Of a stretch of 64,000 bases of DNA, positions 56,201 to 64,000 are shown one piece after another. Under the pieces are notes generated by a model, which was not told the DNA's origin, ran no database searches, and saw only the letters and a program-made list of their open reading frames with translations. The stretch is from the human T2T-CHM13v2.0 reference genome, Homo sapiens. The DNA lies in assembly GCF_009914755.1 (NCBI RefSeq), contig NC_060933.1. One strand, 5' to 3'. A program made the translations under genes and the position numbers. Within the stretch, counting starts at the first letter, position 1, and each line of letters opens with the position of its first letter.

Positions 56201-59200
56201 TTCCAATTCTTTCCATTCCATTCTATTCCGTACCATTCCATTCCATTCCATACCATTCCATTCCATTCCATTCCATTCCATTCCGTTCCGTTCCGTTCCG
56301 TTCCGTTCCATTCCATTCCATTCCATTTTATTCGGGTTAATTCCATTCCATTCCATTCCATTCCATTCTATTCCATTCCATTGCAATCGAGTTGAATCCA
56401 TTGCATTCCATTCCATTCCATTCCGGAAGATTCCATTCCACTGCATTCCATTCCATTCCATTCCCCTGCACTCGCGTTGATTCCATTCCATCCATTCCAT
56501 TCCATTCCATTCTATTCCGTTCCGTTCCATTCCATTCCATTCCATTCCGTTCCGTTCCGTTCCATTCCATTCCATTCTATTCGGGTTAATTCCATTCCAT
56601 TCCATTCGATTGCAATCCAGTTGATTCCATTCCATTCCATTCCATTCCATTCCATTCCATTCCTTTCCATTCCATTACGGATGATTCCATTCCATTACAT
56701 TACATTCCATTCCATTCCCCTGTACTCGGGTTGATTCCATTCCATTCCATTCCATTCCATTCTATTCCATTCCATTCCATTCCGGAAGATTCCATTCCAT
56801 TGCATTCCATTCCATTTCATTCCCCTGCACTCGCGTTGATTCCATTCCATTCCATTCCATTCCATTCAATTCCGAATGATGTCATTCCATTGCCTTCCAT
56901 TCCATTCCATTCCCCTGCACTCGGGTTGATTCCATTCCATTCCATTCCATCCCATTCCATTCCATTCCATTCCATTTCGTTCCATTCCATTCTATTCCGT
57001 ACCATTCCATTCCATTCCATTCCATTCCATTCCATTCCATTCCATTTCCTTCCATTCCATTCCATTCCATTCCATTCCATTCCATTCCATTCCATTCTAT
57101 TAGGGTTAATTCCATTCCATTCCATTCCATTCCATGCCATTCCACTCGGGTTGATTCCATTCCTTTCCATTCCATTCGAGTGGAATCCATTCCATTCCAT
57201 TCCATTCCATTCCATTCCATTGCACACGGGTTCATTTCATTCCATTCCATTCCATTCCATTTCGTTCCATTCCATTCTATTCCATACCATTCCATTCCAT
57301 TCCATTCCATTAGACTCCATTCCATGCCATTCCACTCGGTTTTATTCCATTCGTTTCCATTCCATTCGGGTTGAATCCATTGCATTCCATTCCATTCGAT
57401 TCCATTACATTGCACTCGTGTTGTTTCCATTCCATTCCATTCCATTCCATTCCATTCCATGCCATTCCACTCGGGTTGATTTCATTACATTCCGTTCCAT
57501 TCGAGTCGAACCCATTCCATTCCATTCCATTCCATTCCATTCCATTCCAATCCATTGCACACGTGTTCACTCCATTCCATTCCATTCCATTCCATTCCGT
57601 TCCATTTCGTTCCATTCCATTCTATTCTGTACCATTCCATTCCATTCCATTCGGTACCATTCCATTCCATTCCAATCCATTCCATTCCATGCCATTCCAC
57701 TTGGGTTGATTCCCTTCCTTTCCATTCCATTCGGGTTGAATCCATTCCATTCCATTCCATTCCATTCCATTCCATTCCATTCCATTCCATTCCTTTCAAT
57801 TCCATTGCACACGGGTTGGTTCCATTCCATTCCTTTCCGTTCCATTCCGGATGACTCCATTTCATTGCATTCCATTCCATTCCATTCCCCTGCACTCGGG
57901 TTCATTACCTTCCATTCCATTTACTTCCATTCCATTCCATTCCATTCTATTCTGGTTAATTCCATTCCGTTCCATTCCATTCCATTCCATTCCATTCCAT
58001 TCCATTCCATTCCATTGCAATCGAGTTGATTCCATTCCATTCCATTCAATTCCGGATGATTCCATTCCATTGCCTTCAATTCCATTCCATTCCCCTGCAC
58101 TCGGGTTGATTCCATTCCATTCCATTCCATTCCATTCCATTCCATTTCGTTCCTTTCCATTCTATTCCGTACCATTCCATTCCATTCCATTCCATTCCAT
58201 TCCATTCCATTCCATTCCATGCCATTCCACTCGGGTTGATTCCATTCCTTTCCATTCCATTCGAGTTGAATCCATTCCAATCCATTCCATTCCATTCGAT
58301 TCCATTCCATTGCACACGGGTTCATTCCATTCCATTCCATTCCATTCCATTCCATTCCATTCCATTCCTTTCCATTTCGTTCCATTCCATTCTATTCTGT
58401 ACCATTCCATTCCATTCCATTCCATTCCATTCCACTCCACTTCATGCCATTCCACTCGGGATTATTCCATTCCTTTCCATTCCATTCGGGTTGAATCCAT
58501 TCCATTCCATTCCATTCCATTCGATTCCATTACATTGCACTCGGGTTGATTCCATTCCATTCCATTCCATTCCATTCCACTCCATTCCATGCCATTCCAC
58601 GCGGGTTTATTCCATTCCTTTCCATTCCATTCGTGTTGAATCCATTCCATTCCATTCCATTCCATTCGATTCCATTACACTGCACTCATGTTGATTCCAT
58701 TCCATTCCACTCCATACCATTCCATTCCATTCCATTCCATTCCATTCCATTCCATTCCATTCCGTTCCGTTCCGTTCCGTTCCATTCCATTCCATTCCAT
58801 TCTATTCGGGTTAATTCCATTCCATTCCATTCCATTCCATTCTATTCCATTCCATTGCAATCGAGTTGAATCCATTGCATTTCATGCCATTCCATTCCAT
58901 TCCATTCCATTCCGGAAGATTCCATTCCATTGCATTCCATTCCATTCCATTCCCCTGCACTCGCGTTGATTCCATTCCATTCCATTCCATTCCATTCCAT
59001 TCCATTCCATTCCGTTCCATTCCGTTCCGTTCCATTCCATTCTATTCCATTCCATTCCATTCCATTCCTTTCCGTTCCATTCCATTCCATTCCATTCCAT
59101 TCTATTTGGGTTAATTCCATTCCATTCCATTCGACTGCAATCGAGTTGATTCCATTCCATTCCATTCCATTCCATTCCATTCCATTCCATTCCATTCCTT

Positions 59201-59771
59201 TCCATTACATTACGGATGATTCCATTCCATTGCATTCCATTCCATTCCATTCCCCTGTACTCGGGTTGATTCCATTCCATTCCATTCCAATCCATGCCAT
59301 TCCACTCGTATTGATTCCATTCTTTCCATTCCATTCAAGTTGAATCCATTCCATTGCATTCCATTGCATTCGATTCCATTCGATTGCACTCGGGTTGATT
59401 CCATTCCATTGTATTCCATTCCATTCCATTCCATTCCATTCCATTCCATTCCATTCCGTTCCATTCCATTCCATTACATTCGGATTGATTCTATTCAATT
59501 CCCTTACACTCCATTACATTCCATTCCATTCGGGTAGTTTCCATTCCATTCCTCTCCATTCCATTGCACTCGGGTTGATTCCATTCCATTGCATTCCATT
59601 CCATACCATTCAATTCCATTCCGTTCCATTCCATTCCATTACATTCGGATTGATTCTATTCAACTCCCTTACTCTCCATTACATTCGATTGCATTCGGGT
59701 TGTTCAATTCCATTCCATTCCATTCCACTCCATTCCATTGCACTCGGGTTGATTCCATTCCATTCCATTCC
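53220..59771 (+). repeat. ~6.2 kb higher-order repeat, copy C (6552 bp, contains a foreign patch at ~55570-56850)
   Basis: ORF pairs 47810/54012, 48845/55007, 52319/58866, 52843/59395. The second CTCGAAAACA sub-repeat is missing and replaced by left-domain-type sequence. Confidence 0.88.
55571..56850 (+). repeat. Left-domain-type HSat3 patch inserted into HOR copy C
   Basis: 55571-56050 matches ~13915-14400 (private CTGCAGTCGGGTTGTTTCC). 56050-56840 matches ~6430-7220 (TACATTGCGTTCC, CCAATTCTTTCC, TGCAATCCAGTTG; ORF pairs 6500/56126, 6531/56157). Confidence 0.85.
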
Positions 59772-62700
59772 ATTCCGGAAGATTCCATTCCATTGCATTC
59801 CATTACATTCCATTCCCCTGCACTCGCGTTGATTCCATTCCATTCCATTCCATTCCATTGCATTCCATTGCATTCTATTCCCCTGCACTCAGGTTGATTC
59901 CATTCCATTCCATTCCATTCCATTCCATTCCATTCCATTCCATTCCATTCCATTCCATTCTATTCGCGTTAATTCCATTCCACTCCATTCCATTACATTC
60001 CATTGCAATCGACTTGATTCCATTCCATTCCATTCCATTCAAGTCCTTTCCATTCCATTCCACTCGTGTTGATTCCATTTTATTAGTTTCCATTCCATTC
60101 CATTCCCTTCCATTCCACTCTGGTTGATTCCATTCCTTTCCATTCCACTCGAATTCATTCCCTTCTATTCCACTCGGAATGATTCCATTCTATTCCGTTC
60201 CATTCCATTCCATTTCGTTCCATTCCATTTTATTCCGTACCATTCCATTCCATTCCATTCCATTCCATTACATTACATTCCATTCCATTCCATTCCATGC
60301 CATTCCACTCGGGTTGATTCCATTGCTTTCCATTCCATTTGGGTTGAATCCATTCCATTCCATTCCATTCCATTCCATTCCATTCAATTGCACTAGGTTT
60401 GATTCCATTCCACTGCATTCCATTCCATTCCATTCAATTCCATTCCATTCCATTCCATTCCATTCCATTCCATTCCATTCCCCTGCACTCGGGTTCATTC
60501 CATTCCATTCCATTTACTTCCATTCCATTCCATTCCATTCCATTCCATGCCATTCCACTCGCGTTGATTCCATTCCCTTCCATTCCATTAGAGTTGAATC
60601 CATTCCATTCCATTCCATTCCATTCCATTCCATTCCATTGCACACGGGTTCATTCCATTCCATTCCATTCCATTCCCTTACATTCCATTTCGTTACATTC
60701 CATTCTATTCCGTACCATTCCATTCCATTCCATTCCATTCCATTCCACTCCATTCCATGGCATTCCACTCGGGTATATTCCATTCCTTTTAATTCCATTC
60801 GGGTTGAATCCATTCCATTCCATTCCATTCGATTCCATTACATTGCACTCGGGTTGATTCCATTCCATTCCATTCCATTACATTTCATTCCATTCCATTC
60901 CATTCCATTTCATTCAATTCCATTCCATTCCATGCCATTCCACTCGTGTTGATTCCATTCCTTTCCATTCCATTACATTTCATTCCATTCCATTCCATTC
61001 CATTTCATTCAATTCCATTCCATTCCATGCCATTCCACTCGTGTTGATTCCATTCCTTTCCATTCCATTCGAGTTGAACCCATTCCATTCCATTCCATTC
61101 CATTCCATTCCATTCCGTTCCATTCCATTGCACGCGGGTTCATTCCATTCCATTCCGTTCCATTCCATTCCATTCCATTCCAGTCCATTCCATTACATTC
61201 CATTTCGTTCCATTCCATTCTATTCCGTACGATTCCATTGCATTCCATTCCATTCCATTCCTTTCCATTCCATTGAATTCGAGTTGATTCCATTCCATTC
61301 CGTTCCATTCCATTCCATTCCATTCCATTCCGGATGATTCCATTCCACTGCATTCCATTCCATTAAATTCCCCTGCACTTGGAGTGATTCCTTTCCATTC
61401 TATTCCATTCCATTCCATTCCATTCCATTCCATTTCATTGCAATCGAGTTGATTCCATTGCATTCCATTCCATTCCATTCCAGTCCTTTCCATTCCATTC
61501 CACTCGGGTTGATTCCATTCTATTCCTTTCCATTCCATTCGATTCCATTCCATTCCACTCTGGTTGATACCATTCCTTTTCATTCCACTCGAAAACATTC
61601 CCTTCTATTCCACTCGGAATGATTCCATTCCATTCCATTCCATTCCATTCCATTCCATTCCATTCCGTTTCGTTCCATTACATTCTATTCCGTACCATTC
61701 CACTCCATTCCATTCCATTCCATTCCATGCCATTCCTCTCGGGTTGATTCCATTCCTTTCCATTCCATTCGGGTTGAATCCATTCCATTCCATTCCTTTC
61801 CATTCCATTCCATTCCATTGCACTCGGGTTGATTCCATTCCATTCCATTCCGTTCCATTCCGGATGACTCCATTCCATTGCATTCCATTCCATTCCATTC
61901 CCCTGCACTCGGTTTCATTACATTCCATTCCATTCACTTCCATTCCATTCCATTCCATTCCATTCCATTCCATTCCATTCCATTTCGTTCCATTCCATTC
62001 TATTCCGTACCATTCCATTCCATTCCATTCCATTCCATTCCATTCCATTCCATTTCCTTCCATTCCATTCCATTCCATTCCATTCCATTCCATTCCATTC
62101 CATTCCATTTCCTTCCATTCCATTCCATTCCATTCCATTCCATTCCATTCCATTTCCTTCCATTCCATTCCATTCCATTCCATTCCATTCCATTCTATTA
62201 GGGTTAATTCCATTCCATTCCATTCCATTCCATTCCGTTCCATGCCATTCCACTCGGGTTCATTCCATTCCTTTCCATTCCATTCGAGTTGGATCCATTC
62301 CATTCCATTCTATTCCATTCCATTCCTTTCCATTCCATTCAATTCCATTCTATTCCGGTTAATTCCATTCCATTCCATTCCATTCCATTCCATTCCATTT
62401 CATTGCAATCGAGTTGATTCCATTGCATTCCATTCCATTCCATTCCAGTCCTTTCCATTCCATTCCACTCGGGTTGATTCCATTCTATTCCTTTCCATTC
62501 CATTCGATTGCATTCCATTCCGCTCGATTCCATTCCATTCCACTCTGGTTGATTCCATTCCTTTTCATTCCACTCGAAAACATTCCCTTCTATTCCACTC
62601 GGAATGATTCCATTCCATTCCATTCCATTCCATTCCATTTCGTTCCATTACATTCTATTCTGTACCATTCCACTCCATTCCATTCCATTCCATTCCATGC

Positions 62701-64000
62701 CATTCCTCTCGGGTTGATTCCATTCCTTTCAATTCCATTCGGGTTGAGTCCATTCCATTCCATTCCTTTCCATTCCATTCCATTCCATTGCACTCGGGTT
62801 GATTCCATTCCATTCCATTCCGTTCCATTCCGGATGACTCCATTCCATTGCATTCCATTCCATTCCATTCCCCTGCACTCGGTTTCATTACATTCCATTC
62901 CATTCACTTCCATTCCATTCCATTCTATTCCATTCCATTCCATTCCATTCCATTCCAATCGAGTTGATTCCATTCCATTCCATTCCATTCCATTCAATTC
63001 CGAATGATGTCATTCCATTGCCTTCCATTCCATTCCATTCCCCTGCACTCGGGTTGATTCCATTCCATTCCATTCCATCCCATTCCATTCCATTCCATTC
63101 CATTTCGTTCCATTCCATTCTATTCCGTACCATTCCATTCCATTCCATTCCATTCCATTCCATTCCATTCCATTTCCTTCCATTCCATTCCATTCCATTC
63201 CATTCCATTCCATTCCATTCCATTCTATTAGGGTTAATTCCATTCCATTCCATTCCATTCCATGCCATTCCACTCGGGTTGATTCCATTCCTTTCCATTC
63301 CATTCGAGTTGAATCCATTCCATTCCATTCCATTCCATTCCATTCCATTGCACACGGGTTCATTTCATTCCATTCCATTCCATTCCATTTCGTTCCATTC
63401 CATTCTATTCCATACCATTCCATTCCATTCCATTCCATTAGACTCCATTCCATGCCATTCCACTCGGTTTTATTCCATTCGTTTCCATTCCATTCGGGTT
63501 GAATCCATTGCATTCCATTCCATTCGATTCCATTACATTGCACTCGTGTTGTTTCCATTCCATTCCATTCCATTCCATTCCATTCCATGCCATTCCACTC
63601 GGGTTGATTTCATTACATTCCGTTCCATTCGAGTCGAACCCATTCCATTCCATTCCATTCCATTCCATTCCAATCCATTGCACACGTGTTCACTCCATTC
63701 CATTCCATTCCATTCCATTCCATTCCATTTCGTTCCATTCCATTCTATTCGGTACCATTCCATTCCATTCCATTCGGTACCATTCCATTCCATTCCAATC
63801 CATTCCATTCCATGCCATTCCACTTGGGTTGATTCCCTTCCTTTCCATTCCATTCGGGTTGAATCCATTCCATTCCATTCCATTCCATTCCATTCCATTC
63901 CATTCCATTCCTTTCAATTCCATTGCACACGGGTTGGTTCCATTCCATTCCTTTCCGTTCCATTCCGGATGACTCCATTTCATTGCATTCCATTCCATTC
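59772..64000 (+). repeat. ~6.2 kb higher-order repeat, copy D (truncated by window end)
   Basis: ORF pairs 47370/60124, 42782/61564, 43813/62655, 44601/63438. Both CTCGAAAACA sub-repeats are present (61588, ~62573). Confidence 0.9.

Larger units (their letters stand above)
1..64000 (+). repeat. Human (hominoid) Satellite III / HSat3 tandem array, (CATTC)n on + strand with interspersed ACTCGGGTTG-type decamers
   Basis: Every line is a diverged CATTC pentamer run broken by ACTCGGGTTG/AATCGAGTTG/ACTCGCGTTG/ACTCGTGTTG/ATTCGGGTTA decamers (e.g. 240-249, 859-868, 1859 region). GGAAT runs ended by CAAC(C/A)CGAGT are the established Satellite III signature. The + strand is C/T-rich and G-poor throughout, with no inversion. 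Confidence 0.97.

Noticed and set aside
17-63998. All other ORFs in the six-frame track as CDS
   Set aside because: They overlap in all frames on both strands and are translations of the 15-nt (3 x pentamer) periodicity. None is supportable as a gene.
1-64000. CRISPR-like repeat/spacer reading of decamers separated by variable tracts
   Set aside because: The 'spacers' are CATTC runs of variable length rather than unique sequence. There are no cas genes and the context is eukaryotic satellite.
1-64000. HSat2 (HSATII), alpha satellite/CENP-B boxes or telomeric repeat
   Set aside because: There is no dominant CATTCGATTC/GATGATT 23-26 bp HSat2 pattern, no 171-bp monomer and no TTAGGG array (isolated TTAGGG at ~43361 and 44386 are single decamer variants).
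1-64000. Inversions, Alu/L1/ERV insertions, RNA genes
   Set aside because: I saw no GGAAT run on +, no poly-A tail, and no non-satellite stretch longer than ~20 bp anywhere.
1-64000. Definite assignment to chr9q12 or a specific HSat3 subfamily
   Set aside because: The decamer content is compatible with it, but related arrays occur on other chromosomes and in other apes. Alignment or k-mer classification is needed.

Overview
The whole 64 kb is one uninterrupted, single-orientation pericentromeric satellite array: (CATTC)n on +, (GGAAT)n on -. It is punctuated by the decamer A(C/A/T)TCG(G/A/C/T)GTTG (CAACCCGAGT on -), the hallmark of human/hominoid classical Satellite III (HSat3). The dense decamer resembles the 9q12 nuclear-stress-body array, but I cannot assign a chromosome from the sequence alone. 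I see no genes, transposons or unique sequence. Every ORF in the track (poly-IPFHS on +, poly-MEWNG on -) arises because the pure pentamer has no stop codon in any frame. The interest lies in the array's structure. (1) A left domain (~1-40 kb) is built from a shuffled ~2.7 kb/~1.85 kb ancestral cassette and carries recent tandem duplications of 8.6, 2.75 and 1.34 kb plus many small ones. (2) A right domain (~41-64 kb) is a ~6.1-6.5 kb higher-order repeat (3.7 copies), and copy 3 carries a ~1.3 kb patch of left-domain sequence. (3) About 33 copies of ATTCC-GGAAG-ATTCC match a perfect 3-unit heat-shock element, and this motif sits at the boundaries of the two largest repeat units. (4) All shifts in pentamer register go in one direction. 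I found no evidence for a novel protein-coding system. All counts and coordinates were read by eye.
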